DNA of 53,667 nt from a virus (taxonomy: Duplodnaviria > Caudoviricetes). Positions 42,691 to 51,342 of the stretch are shown piece after piece. The notes under the pieces were generated by a model. The model was not told the DNA's origin, searched no databases, and saw nothing but the letters and a program-made list of their open reading frames with translations. The translations under genes and the position numbers were made by a program. Every line of letters starts with the position of its first letter. Within the stretch, counting starts at the first letter, position 1. Location: positions 1-53,667 of the IMG/VR virus record IMGVR_UViG_3300031986_000023, one strand, 5' to 3'.

Positions 42691-43524
42691 ATGGCAATTG
42701 TACAGCGACTGAAACCGCAGCCCGAAATGGAAGCGAACCCGCGCGCGGTTATCGGCGCGAACAATCCGCCCTTGGAAGAGCAGATCACCATCGATCTGGC
42801 CGAGGCGCTGGAAATCGAAGGCATCACCAAGCGCATCGCAGATTTGCTCGCCAGCGCCGGGCGCGCGCCGACGGTCATCACCGACGCGGACATGGCTGGC
42901 AGCTATGCCGACCTGATCAAGCAGATGGTCGCGGCTGGCAAGGCGGTCGAGGCGCAGCGTGAAATCCTGAACCGCCCGCTGCTCAATGCGCAGCGCGCGC
43001 TCAAAGGTCGTGCCGATGCGATTGTCGAGCCGCTGCAGTCGGCGGAAGCGACGGCGCGCGCGCGGATCAAGCAGTTCGATGACGCAGAGCGCGAGAAAGA
43101 GCGCCAGCGCCAGATCGAAGCGCAGCGCGTTGCCGATGCTGAACGCCAGCGGCTGCAGGCCATTGCCGACGCAGAGGCCGCGCGAGAGCGTCAGCGGCTG
43201 CAGGCGATCGAGGATGCCCGCGCCGCCGCCGAAGCGCGTGAGGCCGTCGCAGTAGAGGTCGAGGCGCCCATCGTGGAAGTCGCACCCGAACCTGTCGCGG
43301 AAGTCGAGGCGCCCGTCGTGCGCGGCGATTACGGCGCCAAGGTCGTCCGCACCACCAATTGGAAGCACCGCATCGTCAGCGTTCGCCAGCTGCCCGACAG
43401 CATCTTGAAACACGCCAAGGTCGTCGAGGCGATCGACAAGGTGATTGCGGCGCAAGTTCGCGGCGGGACGCGCGAACTCAAGGGCTGCGAAATCTTCCCG
43501 GAAACCGGGACCACGATCCGATGA
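42691..43524 (+). CDS. Coiled-coil early protein (recombination-associated, function uncertain)
   Basis: AGGAG SD; IGANNPP; C-terminal AQVRGGTRELKGCEIF. Confidence 0.7.
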   Translation: MAIVQRLKPQPEMEANPRAVIGANNPPLEEQITIDLAEALEIEGITKRIADLLASAGRAPTVITDADMAGSYADLIKQMVAAGKAVEAQREILNRPLLNAQRALKGRADAIVEPLQSAEATARARIKQFDDAEREKERQRQIEAQRVADAERQRLQAIADAEAARERQRLQAIEDARAAAEAREAVAVEVEAPIVEVAPEPVAEVEAPVVRGDYGAKVVRTTNWKHRIVSVRQLPDSILKHAKVVEAIDKVIAAQVRGGTRELKGCEIFPETGTTIR

Positions 43525-43880
43525 TCCGTGACATCGAAACCGCGTGCGAAGCCCTCGCCGATGCCTTGTGGTGGTTCAAGGGCTTTGCAGCCGCGCGCCC
43601 CGCATCGATCGACGAAGGCGCGGGCGAGCATCTCAATCTTGAACGCAAGATCGGTGAAGTCCGCCATTTCCTGAACAGCGTCAATCGGGCGAGCATTCGG
43701 CGGCTCGGCGAAGAAACAGCGATCGTCCTGTCTTTCGCTGAGTTCGAGCGCCTGGTCGACGCCGTCCGCATCCCGCGGATCGCCGAAACGACGATGGCAA
43801 TCCAGACGATCGAGAAGGTTCTGGCCGAATACCGGGCCGAGGACGCAGCCTTTCGCAACGCCGAACACCTTCCGTTTTGA
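43521..43880 (+). CDS. Hypothetical phage protein ending in LPF
   Basis: ATGA coupling. Confidence 0.6.
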   Translation: MIRDIETACEALADALWWFKGFAAARPASIDEGAGEHLNLERKIGEVRHFLNSVNRASIRRLGEETAIVLSFAEFERLVDAVRIPRIAETTMAIQTIEKVLAEYRAEDAAFRNAEHLPF

Positions 43881-43890
43881 GGAGCAAAAC

Positions 43891-44160
43891 ATGACCCGCC
43901 AATTCATCGCCTGCACTTTCCGCCCCGGCGACGCGCGCGCCTACACCTATGCCTACGACGGCGACGAACCCCTTTCCGTCGGTGACGTCGTACTTGTCGC
44001 CGGGCGCAATGGCGAGGGGACGAAGAAGGTTCACGTCGCCGTGCTCGGCGTACCCGAGCCCACCGATTTCGAAGCGAAGCCCATCCTCGAAAAGTTCGTG
44101 CCGACGGAAAAGCCCGACCTGATGGCCGAGGGCGAGCCCGCCAGCAAAATGCCCTTCTGA
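43891..44160 (+). CDS. Small beta-barrel-like protein ending in MPF
   Basis: GAGGAG SD; YTY...L.VGD.V.V motif. Confidence 0.7.
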   Translation: MTRQFIACTFRPGDARAYTYAYDGDEPLSVGDVVLVAGRNGEGTKKVHVAVLGVPEPTDFEAKPILEKFVPTEKPDLMAEGEPASKMPF

Positions 44161-44171
44161 AAGGATTGAAT

Positions 44172-45089
44172 ATGAACACCGCCCGCAGCCGCGCCGTCGC
44201 GACGCAAGAATCCAGCATCGATCGCAATATCGCCCATATCGAGGAAGCGAAACAGCGCCCGACCGCAATCCAGGCGATGGCGCAGCGCCTCAACCTGTCC
44301 CCGGCGAAGTTGCAGGAAACCCTGCGCGCAACCGTTTTCAAGGGCGCCAACGACGCGGAATTTGCGGCGCTTATCGTCGTCGCGAACGAATATAAGCTCA
44401 ACCCTCTCACCAAGGAAATCTATGCCTTCGCGGCAAAGGGCGGCGGCATTGTCCCGCTGGTCTCGATCGACGGCTGGGTGCGGATCATGAATGAGCACCC
44501 GCAATTCGATGGCATCGAATTCGAGGACATCGTCGACGACAAGGGCAAGGTCTATGCGATCGAGAGCACGATCTGGCGCCGCGACCGCAGTCGCCCGATC
44601 AAGGTCGTCGAGTATCTGGACGAATGCAAGCGCAACACCGATCCGTGGAACAAATCACCGAACCGGATGCTGCGCCACCGTTCGCTGATCCAGGGGGCGC
44701 GATACGCTTTCGGTTTCTCGGGCATCTATGCCGACGACGAAATCGAATATCAGATGATCGGCGACCCGGTCGAGGCCCGCAACATCACCCCGCCAACGCG
44801 CGCGGAGTTTATCGACCACGATCCCGACACCGGCGAGATCATCGATCATCAGGAAGGCCGCACCGACGAGCAGCATGGCGACCAGCACGACGGCACCGAG
44901 GAATCGGAGCCTGCGCCCTATGCCGCAACCGTCACGGACTTGCTCGATCGAATCGCGGCCGCCGGAACTGTCATCGACGCAAAGGCAGTCGAAAAGGACT
45001 GGCGCGGCCATATGGAAGCGCTGCCCGACGCGGAAAATGAGCGTATCGAAGCCGCGCTGAACACGCGCATCGAGCAGCTCAAGGGCTGA
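44172..45089 (+). CDS. RecT/Bet single-strand annealing recombinase
   Basis: LNPLTKEIY, VSIDGW, W...P.RMLRHR...Q.AR.AFGFSGIY motifs. Confidence 0.92.
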   Translation: MNTARSRAVATQESSIDRNIAHIEEAKQRPTAIQAMAQRLNLSPAKLQETLRATVFKGANDAEFAALIVVANEYKLNPLTKEIYAFAAKGGGIVPLVSIDGWVRIMNEHPQFDGIEFEDIVDDKGKVYAIESTIWRRDRSRPIKVVEYLDECKRNTDPWNKSPNRMLRHRSLIQGARYAFGFSGIYADDEIEYQMIGDPVEARNITPPTRAEFIDHDPDTGEIIDHQEGRTDEQHGDQHDGTEESEPAPYAATVTDLLDRIAAAGTVIDAKAVEKDWRGHMEALPDAENERIEAALNTRIEQLKG

Positions 45090-45093
45090 TAGG

Positions 45094-45438
45094 ATGGGCG
45101 CGCAGGTCAACCATAAACGCATGCGGCCAAAGGCGGGCGCTGATCCGACTGCTGCAGAACAGCGGCATATGGATCGCGTCGCTGCCCTCGGCTGCCTGAT
45201 TAGCGGTCGACCGGCGACGCTTCACCACGTCACTGCCTACTCCGATCGAATGGGCCGCTTTGCCCGATCGCATCGGCTGATCGTGCCGCTGGCGCCTGAA
45301 TATCATCATATCCAGCACGGCCCGCTTTCGGTCGAGGCGCTCAATCACCGCGGATTCTTCCGGGAGCATGGCGTCGACCTTTACGGCGAGGCGCGCCGGC
45401 TTGAGGCCGAGAGCGTCCAGATGGGAATTTTGCCATGA
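45094..45438 (+). CDS. Ref/DUF968-like HNH-fold nuclease
   Basis: V..LGC..SG....HHV...PL...HH pattern. Confidence 0.7.
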   Translation: MGAQVNHKRMRPKAGADPTAAEQRHMDRVAALGCLISGRPATLHHVTAYSDRMGRFARSHRLIVPLAPEYHHIQHGPLSVEALNHRGFFREHGVDLYGEARRLEAESVQMGILP

Positions 45439-45845
45439 AGGGCCATGCTCTCTTTCGCCGCGTCGGCCTGGCACTCGCCCCCGTCACCCGCGACGCACGT
45501 GAGCTTCTGGCGGCCATGAAAGATGGGTCGACGCTGATCGTCGAGGTTTGGTCGCCCCGCAATATGCAGCAACACCGGAAATTTTTCGCGATCCTCAACA
45601 ACGTCGTCGAGGCAACCGGACGCTGGACATCAACCGAGCATCTGCGCCGCGACATTCTGATCAGCCTCCACCGGTACGACGAACACGTCAACGAGTTCAC
45701 CGGCGAGATCGTCAAGGTGCCGCATTCGATGGCTGTCGCTTCGATGCCGCGCGAGGATTTCGAACGCCTCTACGCCGAGACAATCACCCTTCTGACAGAA
45801 GCGCTTGGGGCAGATCCCGAGATGCTTTTGCAGGAGGCCGCATAG
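45435..45845 (+). CDS. DUF1367/NinB-like protein
   Basis: PRN...HRKFFA.L...P.S....M....F..LY. Confidence 0.75.
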   Translation: MKGHALFRRVGLALAPVTRDARELLAAMKDGSTLIVEVWSPRNMQQHRKFFAILNNVVEATGRWTSTEHLRRDILISLHRYDEHVNEFTGEIVKVPHSMAVASMPREDFERLYAETITLLTEALGADPEMLLQEAA

Positions 45846-45905
45846 CAATCACCCACCAGGGAACGGGGCGCGGCCAATAACCCGCCCCGTCAGTTTCAAA
45901 GGAGA

Positions 45906-46136
45906 ATGACGATGGGATTCTTTTCACGACTAGGCCTGATCAGTCAGGTGCAGCCCGCCGAACCCGCGGTTGATTGGGAGGCGAAGTATAAGGCCGCGAT
46001 CACCGATCTCGCCGCCGCATCCGAAGAAATCACCCGCCTCAAACCGCTCGCCGAAGCAACGGAACGCCGCCGGCAGAATGAAGCCAACCGCGTCCGTCCG
46101 TCTCGCGCCAAAGCCCCCACGAAAGGTCCAAAATAA
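45906..46136 (+). CDS. Hypothetical phage protein
   Basis: AAGGAG SD; TAATG coupling. Confidence 0.6.
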   Translation: MTMGFFSRLGLISQVQPAEPAVDWEAKYKAAITDLAAASEEITRLKPLAEATERRRQNEANRVRPSRAKAPTKGPK

Positions 46137-46879
46137 TGGAAACGCTCGCTCAAATCATCGACCGCTGGAACTCTGGCGAAGGCAAGCCCTACAAAGGCTC
46201 GCTGATCGACTACGGCGCATATGAAGCTGATAAAGACAGCATCGGTTGCATGTGTGCGCAGGGGCAGGTGCTTCACCTGCTCGGCGGATGGGAGCCGGAA
46301 CGCCTTCGCAAAACCGAACAGGTCAAGGCCGACGAAGCGACGGCGAAACTTCTCAACATCAGCGTTGCCCACGCGATCCTGCTTCGGAATACCAATGACA
46401 GCATCGACGGTGCGCCCGCAATCGTCCTGACCAATCCTGAAAAGGTACTCGGCGACCAAGCGCATATCGTGCTGGCCTTCTGGCTGCATATGGACCGGAT
46501 GACGGCGAAAGAATGGGACGCCGCATGGGCCGCCGCATGGGCCGCCGCAGGGGCCGCCGCATGGGACGCCGCATGGGACGCCGCATGGGCCGCCGCATGG
46601 GCCGCCGCAGGGGCCGCCGCATGGGACGCCGCATGGGACGCCGCATGGGCCGCCGCATGGGACGCCGCACGGGCCGCCGCACGGGCCGCCGCATGGGACG
46701 CCGCATGGGCCGCCGCATGGGCTTGCTCCGAAATCCAAGGCACCCACCTTCTGCGCGAACAGGGCAAGCCGTTTTACTTCCTGCCGTTCTTTGGTTTCGC
46801 CAACCCCGAGGAGATCCCTGCGCTGCCCGCTGATTATGGTGCCCCCACGAAGGCTGTCGCGGCGAAGGGGAGGAAGTGA
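46136..46879 (+). CDS. Protein with internal (W/G/R)(D/A)AA tetrapeptide repeats
   Basis: Globular N-terminus (GCMCAQGQ), then 17 repeats. Confidence 0.8.
   Translation: METLAQIIDRWNSGEGKPYKGSLIDYGAYEADKDSIGCMCAQGQVLHLLGGWEPERLRKTEQVKADEATAKLLNISVAHAILLRNTNDSIDGAPAIVLTNPEKVLGDQAHIVLAFWLHMDRMTAKEWDAAWAAAWAAAGAAAWDAAWDAAWAAAWAAAGAAAWDAAWDAAWAAAWDAARAAARAAAWDAAWAAAWACSEIQGTHLLREQGKPFYFLPFFGFANPEEIPALPADYGAPTKAVAAKGRK
46514..46722. repeat. 12-bp tandem repeat (T/G/C)GGG(A/C)CGCCGCA x17 with a 60-bp higher-order duplication
   Basis: Directly visible; only two positions vary. Confidence 0.97.
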
Positions 46880-47118
46880 TGGGCGCCCGTATGCAGCCCC
46901 TCATCGACGAGGAAGCGGTGAGCATCGCCGCGCGCATCCGCCACACCGCCAATGGCGATTGGCTGACCCGATACGATCCCGGCGACGAAGAACACATGCC
47001 CGCAGCAATGCACATGACCTTCCTGCGCATGGGTATCATCACCCCCGATGGCGACCCGCGCGGCGGCTACATGTTGTCCGCTTTGGGCCTCGCGATAGTC
47101 GAAGAATTGCGCGCATGA
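46876..47118 (+). CDS. Hypothetical (possible winged-helix) protein
   Basis: GGGAGG SD; LSALGLAI tail. Confidence 0.55.
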   Translation: MMGARMQPLIDEEAVSIAARIRHTANGDWLTRYDPGDEEHMPAAMHMTFLRMGIITPDGDPRGGYMLSALGLAIVEELRA

Positions 47119-47159
47119 CCCCCGCCCCCGGCCACACAAACATGAATGGAGATTGAGCG

Positions 47160-47648
47160 ATGGGAGTTTCTTATACCGCCTCGCTGGAAGACATGCAGGC
47201 ATGGGCTCGCGGCATCATGCAGGTGCGCCAGCCTGATTTCGTCATCGGCGACAATTACATCAAACGCTGGTGGGTGGTCCCGCGCAACGAGATGTCTAAC
47301 GTCTATCTGCATTGGATGACCGGCGACGATGACGACCGCGCGCTGCACGACCACCCTTGGCAGAACACCAGCGTCATCCTCGCGGGCGGCTATATTGAAA
47401 TCACGCCCGCCGGTTCGTTCGAACGCAACCCCGGCGATGTCGTAAAGCGCGAGGCCGCCGATTCTCACCGGCTCGTGCTGCACCGTGACGACGCGGGCAA
47501 TCCGATCCCGGCGCTGACTTTGTTCGCGACCGGACAATGGGAGCGCGACTGGGGCTTTCATTGCCCGAACGGCTGGGTGCCATGGCGCGAGTTTGTTGAC
47601 GAACGCGACACCGGCCAAGTCGGGCGCGGCTGTGGTGAACACGCATGA
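47160..47648 (+). CDS. Cupin-fold phage protein
   Basis: DDDRALHDHPW...GGY.E...HRL...WGF.CP.GW. Confidence 0.8.
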   Translation: MGVSYTASLEDMQAWARGIMQVRQPDFVIGDNYIKRWWVVPRNEMSNVYLHWMTGDDDDRALHDHPWQNTSVILAGGYIEITPAGSFERNPGDVVKREAADSHRLVLHRDDAGNPIPALTLFATGQWERDWGFHCPNGWVPWREFVDERDTGQVGRGCGEHA

Positions 47649-47869
47649 CCCACCACCCCGACCCATCGCCCTGCGTCGAGCATGTTTTCGGCAACGTCCT
47701 GCACAGAGAGTTCCCGATGCATATCGCGAAAATCCGCGAATGGAAGCGGCGCAATACCGGCGTGTCTGGTGAAGGCGCCACCGTCCCCCACGATCCGGCG
47801 AAGTACCACGCCAAGCGCAGTCGTTCGGCGCGGAAGGGGTTTGTTGAGCGGCGGGAGATGGTGGGGTGA
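47645..47869 (+). CDS. Hypothetical basic protein
   Basis: Coupled on both sides. Confidence 0.45.
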   Translation: MTHHPDPSPCVEHVFGNVLHREFPMHIAKIREWKRRNTGVSGEGATVPHDPAKYHAKRSRSARKGFVERREMVG

Positions 47870-49182
47870 GCCTTCGCGCCGCATCCTGTTTTTCCGGCAT
47901 CGGCGCCCCCGAACTCGGCGGGCCGCAATTCGAATGGCTGTGGCACGCCGAGGTGGAGAAATTCCCGTCGGCTGTCATGGCCACGCGCTTCCCCGATAGC
48001 ACGAACCTTGGCGACGTGACGGCCGACGACTTCCTGCAACGCGCATCGGCGTTCGGTCGGCTCGATTTGCTCGTCGGCGGCCCGCCCTGTCAGGATTTCA
48101 GTGTTGCGGGCCTTCGCGCCGGCGTGGCTGGTGATCGCGGCAACCTCTCCCTCCGTTTCATGGAAATCGCTCATGCAATTAGACCTCGAAACCTTCTTGT
48201 CGAAAACGTCCCCGGCTGGCTCAACATGCCCGACAACGCGTTCGGCTGTTTCCTGGGCGCACTTGTCGGAGCAGATGATGCCCTGTGTTCGCCACTCGAC
48301 GGAAAGTGGCCCAGTGCAGGTATGGTTGCCGGGCCAAGGGCACGGGCTGCATGGCGGGTTTTCGACGCTCAATATTTCGGAGTGGCCCAACGACGCCGCC
48401 GTGTGTTCGTTGTCGCAGATTTTGGAGAAGGGGCCGATCCCGCAGCGGTTCTTTTTGAGCGCAAAGGCGTGTCAGGGAATTCTCCGCCGCGCCGAGAAAC
48501 GGGGCAAGGAACTGCCGGAACAATTAGCGCGCGCACTCAAGGCGGTGGCGGACTTGGGACCGACTTCGAACTTGGAGGCGGCTTAGTCCAGTGGCCTGCT
48601 GAAATCGCAGGGACGCTCAACACGCACCTTGGCGACAAGCAGGGGCTTGAGGATCAGCACATCAACGGCGGTTGCGGCCATTTCATCGCCCGCAGCCTTC
48701 GCGGCGAAGGCTTCGACGCCAGCGAGGATGGAACGGGGCGCGGGACGCCGATTGTGCCGGTGGCGTTCTCGAGCAAAGATTATGGCAACGACGCGACCGA
48801 CGATCTTTCGCCGACGCTGCGGAGCATGGGGCACGACAAGAGCCATGCGAACGGCGGCGGGCAGATGGCGGTGGCCCAACCCGTCGCCTTCATGGAAAAC
48901 CAGCAGGGCGCCGTCTGGGAAGCCGATGTGTTTCAGGCGCTCAATCGCGGCGGTGGGAAGCCGGGGCAGTCCTATCCGGCTGTTCGCGAGGGCTGGCAAG
49001 TCCGGCGCCTCACCCCGACAGAATGCCACCGCCTACAGGGCTTCCCCGACGACCATTGCGCGATCCAGCATCGCGGCAAGATCGCAGCCGACGGTCCGCA
49101 GTACAAGGCGCTCGGCAACAGCTGGGCCGTTCCCAACGGCGCCTGGATTATCGGGCGCATCGCAGAAAGATTGGCAGCATGA
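47866..49182 (+). CDS. DNA cytosine-C5 methyltransferase
   Basis: FSGIG (I), GGPPCQDFS (IV), ENV (VI), QRRRRVF (VIII), RRLTP.EC.RLQGFPD (IX), GNS (X). Confidence 0.95.
   Translation: MSLRAASCFSGIGAPELGGPQFEWLWHAEVEKFPSAVMATRFPDSTNLGDVTADDFLQRASAFGRLDLLVGGPPCQDFSVAGLRAGVAGDRGNLSLRFMEIAHAIRPRNLLVENVPGWLNMPDNAFGCFLGALVGADDALCSPLDGKWPSAGMVAGPRARAAWRVFDAQYFGVAQRRRRVFVVADFGEGADPAAVLFERKGVSGNSPPRRETGQGTAGTISARTQGGGGLGTDFELGGGLVQWPAEIAGTLNTHLGDKQGLEDQHINGGCGHFIARSLRGEGFDASEDGTGRGTPIVPVAFSSKDYGNDATDDLSPTLRSMGHDKSHANGGGQMAVAQPVAFMENQQGAVWEADVFQALNRGGGKPGQSYPAVREGWQVRRLTPTECHRLQGFPDDHCAIQHRGKIAADGPQYKALGNSWAVPNGAWIIGRIAERLAA
48173..48586 (+). CDS. Nested alternative-frame ORF, putative second (beta) subunit of the methyltransferase
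   Basis: +1 frame; CSLSQILE...FFLSAKACQGILRRAEKRGKELP..L..AL; resembles the M.EcoHK31I arrangement. Confidence 0.65.
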   Translation: MQLDLETFLSKTSPAGSTCPTTRSAVSWAHLSEQMMPCVRHSTESGPVQVWLPGQGHGLHGGFSTLNISEWPNDAAVCSLSQILEKGPIPQRFFLSAKACQGILRRAEKRGKELPEQLARALKAVADLGPTSNLEAA

Positions 49183-49352
49183 AACACGCCATCCACTCCC
49201 TATTCGCCCCACCCATCCCCATCGACGACGAAGGCCGATACGCCGTCGCACCCGATGGCCCGCGCTATCATGCCGAGCCTTTGCGGGTGTTCGATACGCG
49301 GGAGCAGGCGGAGGAGTGGCGGGCGGGGCAGATTGAGGGGGTGAGGGGGTGA
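49179..49352 (+). CDS. Hypothetical phage protein
   Basis: ATGA/GTGA coupling; FDTREQAEEW motif. Confidence 0.55.
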   Translation: MKHAIHSLFAPPIPIDDEGRYAVAPDGPRYHAEPLRVFDTREQAEEWRAGQIEGVRG

Positions 49353-49726
49353 CGTTCCAAAGCCACATCCTGCCCGAGCACGACGTGCGGCCCTATTCGA
49401 TCGCGCAGCTGGCCAATCGATGGGGCTGCAGCGACAGCATGGTCCGCAAGCTGATCAATCAGGGCCAGTTGCAAACATTTCGCATCGGTGCGCTTATTCG
49501 CGTGAGTGCAGCCGAAGTGGAGAGGTATGAAAAATGTCCAGTGAACCCGAGCCTTATTCCGTCCAGCGATTCCGAGGCGGATTCGCCATCGTGTGGAGAG
49601 ACACTGAGGGCGGCCCCCGTCGCCGTCGTCAACTCGCCGCGACAGATCGGCCGAGCGCCGAAGCGGAAGCTCGCGTCATCTGGGAAAAAGCCGACAGTTC
49701 GCCCTGGACTGCGGGTCGTATCATGA
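49349..49726 (+). CDS. xis: Excisionase-like HTH (HTH_17) protein
   Basis: YSIAQLANRWGCS...VRKLI..G.L..FRIG..IRV. Confidence 0.8.
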   Translation: MTFQSHILPEHDVRPYSIAQLANRWGCSDSMVRKLINQGQLQTFRIGALIRVSAAEVERYEKCPVNPSLIPSSDSEADSPSCGETLRAAPVAVVNSPRQIGRAPKRKLASSGKKPTVRPGLRVVS

Positions 49727-50532
49727 CGGCATACATCGCGAGCATCGCTGGCAAACCGTCTCATGTGCGGTCGCAGGACGCATGGAAGGCGATGAAGGCT
49801 TTCTGGGAAGGCGTCGACCCGGCGATCATCGACGAGAAAATGTGCAAGGATTACCGCAAGACGCGAGCAGTCAAGGATTCGACCGCGCGCTACGAGCTCA
49901 TGCGCCTGTCCACCGCGCTTAACTGGGCCGTCGATGAGAAGCATATCGAGAAGCGCGGCAAGATATGGCTGCCAGCATCGACCGAACACACGACCAAGCA
50001 TCTCACCCGCGACGAGTTCGACCAGTTCCACGACGGAATGATCGCGCCCCACGCTCGCCTCTATGCGCTCGTCGGCGTCTATACCTGCGCGCGGCCCGGT
50101 GCGATCCTCGACCTGACATGGGATCGCGTCGACTTCATGCGCCGGCAGATCAATTACAAGATCGAGGATGCGGCACAGACTCGCAAGCGCCGCGTCATCG
50201 TGCCGATCGGTCCGCGGCTGCTCGCCGCGCTGCAGGAAGCCTATTCTGCGCGCACCACGACCTTTGTCATCGAGCGCGGCGGCAAGCAGGTCGCCAACAT
50301 CAAGAAAGCGTTTCAGGCGGCCAGCGAAAGGAGCAGTGTCCATGCGACGCCGTACACGCTCCGCCACACCGGGGCAGTCTGGGCGGCCGAGGCTGGCACA
50401 CCGATGTCAGAACTGGCGCAATTCCTAGGCCACGACGACGACCGCACGACTCAAAAGCACTACGCGCGCTTCTCGCCGGACTATTTGATGAGGGTCGCCG
50501 ACGCGATCGAGCAGGGGAGGAAATCGGCATGA
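49534..50532 (+). CDS. int: Tyrosine integrase
   Basis: CARPGA (R), YTLRHT, LGH and catalytic Y in KHYAR; adjacent to the tRNA. Confidence 0.95.
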   Translation: MSSEPEPYSVQRFRGGFAIVWRDTEGGPRRRRQLAATDRPSAEAEARVIWEKADSSPWTAGRIMTAYIASIAGKPSHVRSQDAWKAMKAFWEGVDPAIIDEKMCKDYRKTRAVKDSTARYELMRLSTALNWAVDEKHIEKRGKIWLPASTEHTTKHLTRDEFDQFHDGMIAPHARLYALVGVYTCARPGAILDLTWDRVDFMRRQINYKIEDAAQTRKRRVIVPIGPRLLAALQEAYSARTTTFVIERGGKQVANIKKAFQAASERSSVHATPYTLRHTGAVWAAEAGTPMSELAQFLGHDDDRTTQKHYARFSPDYLMRVADAIEQGRKSA

Positions 50533-50588
50533 AGGTTCAATTGGAACCCTCGACCCCTGTATTTCTGCGGCAAAAAGCGCGGATTTAT

Positions 50589-50665
50589 TGGTCGGGGAGA
50601 GAGGATTCGAACCTCCGGCCCCTGCCTCCCGAAGACAGTGCTCTACCAGGCTGAGCTACTCCCCG
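50589..50665 (-). tRNA. tRNA-Pro(CGG); probable attachment site
   Basis: CGGGGAG acceptor stem, TGG D-loop, CTGTC-TTCGGGA-GGCAG anticodon arm, GTTCGAATC T-arm, encoded CCA. Confidence 0.97.
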
Positions 50666-50772
50666 ACCGATCTGCGCGCCGACCGGGGTCGCCGCGAAGG
50701 CAGGGCGGTCCTCTAGACGCGCAATCGGCGAACTTCAAGCGCCAATCGGCACATTCAACAGGATTGCCGCGG

Positions 50773-51213
50773 CTACAGCATTTCGCCACTTCGAAAGCTG
50801 AAATGACCGCCCTCGACAAAAATCAGATGGTCGACAAGCTCGATGCCCAGCGTCCGCAAGAAAAGCACGGTTTCGCGGGTCGTCGCGATGTCGGCGTCGC
50901 TCGGCTGGGCAATATTCGACGGGTGATTGTGCGCCATGATGACCCGTACAACGCCACCGCCCAACAGGTTTCGCCAACATCGCGGCGGGATAATGCAGCG
51001 GCCCTTGCTATCACCGCCGACGCGTTCGAGGCGGACAAGCCGTTCGAAGGCGTCGAACCCTGCGAGGAGCAGCGTCTCGTGGTCGGCAGCGAAATGCGGA
51101 CGCAGCAGATGCCGCGCGACGTCATCTTCGGCTTCAAAAGCGATGTAGCCAGCCAGATCCGACGGACCGGGCGTATGGTCGATGGGAGCAAGCAGGGTCA
51201 TGGGGCTTCTCAT
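50773..51213 (-). CDS. RadC-like JAB domain protein (JAB only)
   Basis: AHNHPS....PS.AD...T......LGIELVDHLI. Confidence 0.85.
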   Translation of the reverse strand: MRSPMTLLAPIDHTPGPSDLAGYIAFEAEDDVARHLLRPHFAADHETLLLAGFDAFERLVRLERVGGDSKGRCIIPPRCWRNLLGGGVVRVIMAHNHPSNIAQPSDADIATTRETVLFLRTLGIELVDHLIFVEGGHFSFRSGEML

Positions 51214-51342
51214 GCGCGCGGTGATCGGGATCGCCAATCGGCGACTGCGCCGCTTTGGACGCTTTGTGACAGCATCCCGGCTGCGCCCTTGTCGGCATGG
51301 CGCGCACAGCCTAGCAAAGAGCGACCAAACCGGGAGCGAGTC

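Larger units (their letters stand above)
1..50588. mobile_element. Temperate siphovirus-like prophage integrated at tRNA-Pro; left end outside window
   Basis: Complete lysis, tail, head, packaging, replication, immunity, recombination and xis/int modules; integrase ends about 57 bp from the tRNA 3' end; host housekeeping genes lie beyond the tRNA. Confidence 0.96.

Noticed and set aside
46514-46722. CRISPR array or DGR template/variable repeat
   Set aside because: No spacers, no cas or reverse transcriptase gene; it is an in-frame coding tandem repeat
45944-47042. Alternative-frame ORFs (PCGG, MGRR, MRRP repeats)
   Set aside because: By-products of a stop-free 12-bp repeat; only 46136-46879 has coupling and a globular domain
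50638-51342. Long N-terminal extension of ThyA in the ORF track
   Set aside because: Overlaps the tRNA and the antisense JAB gene; SD plus TTG at 51343 gives a normal-length ThyA
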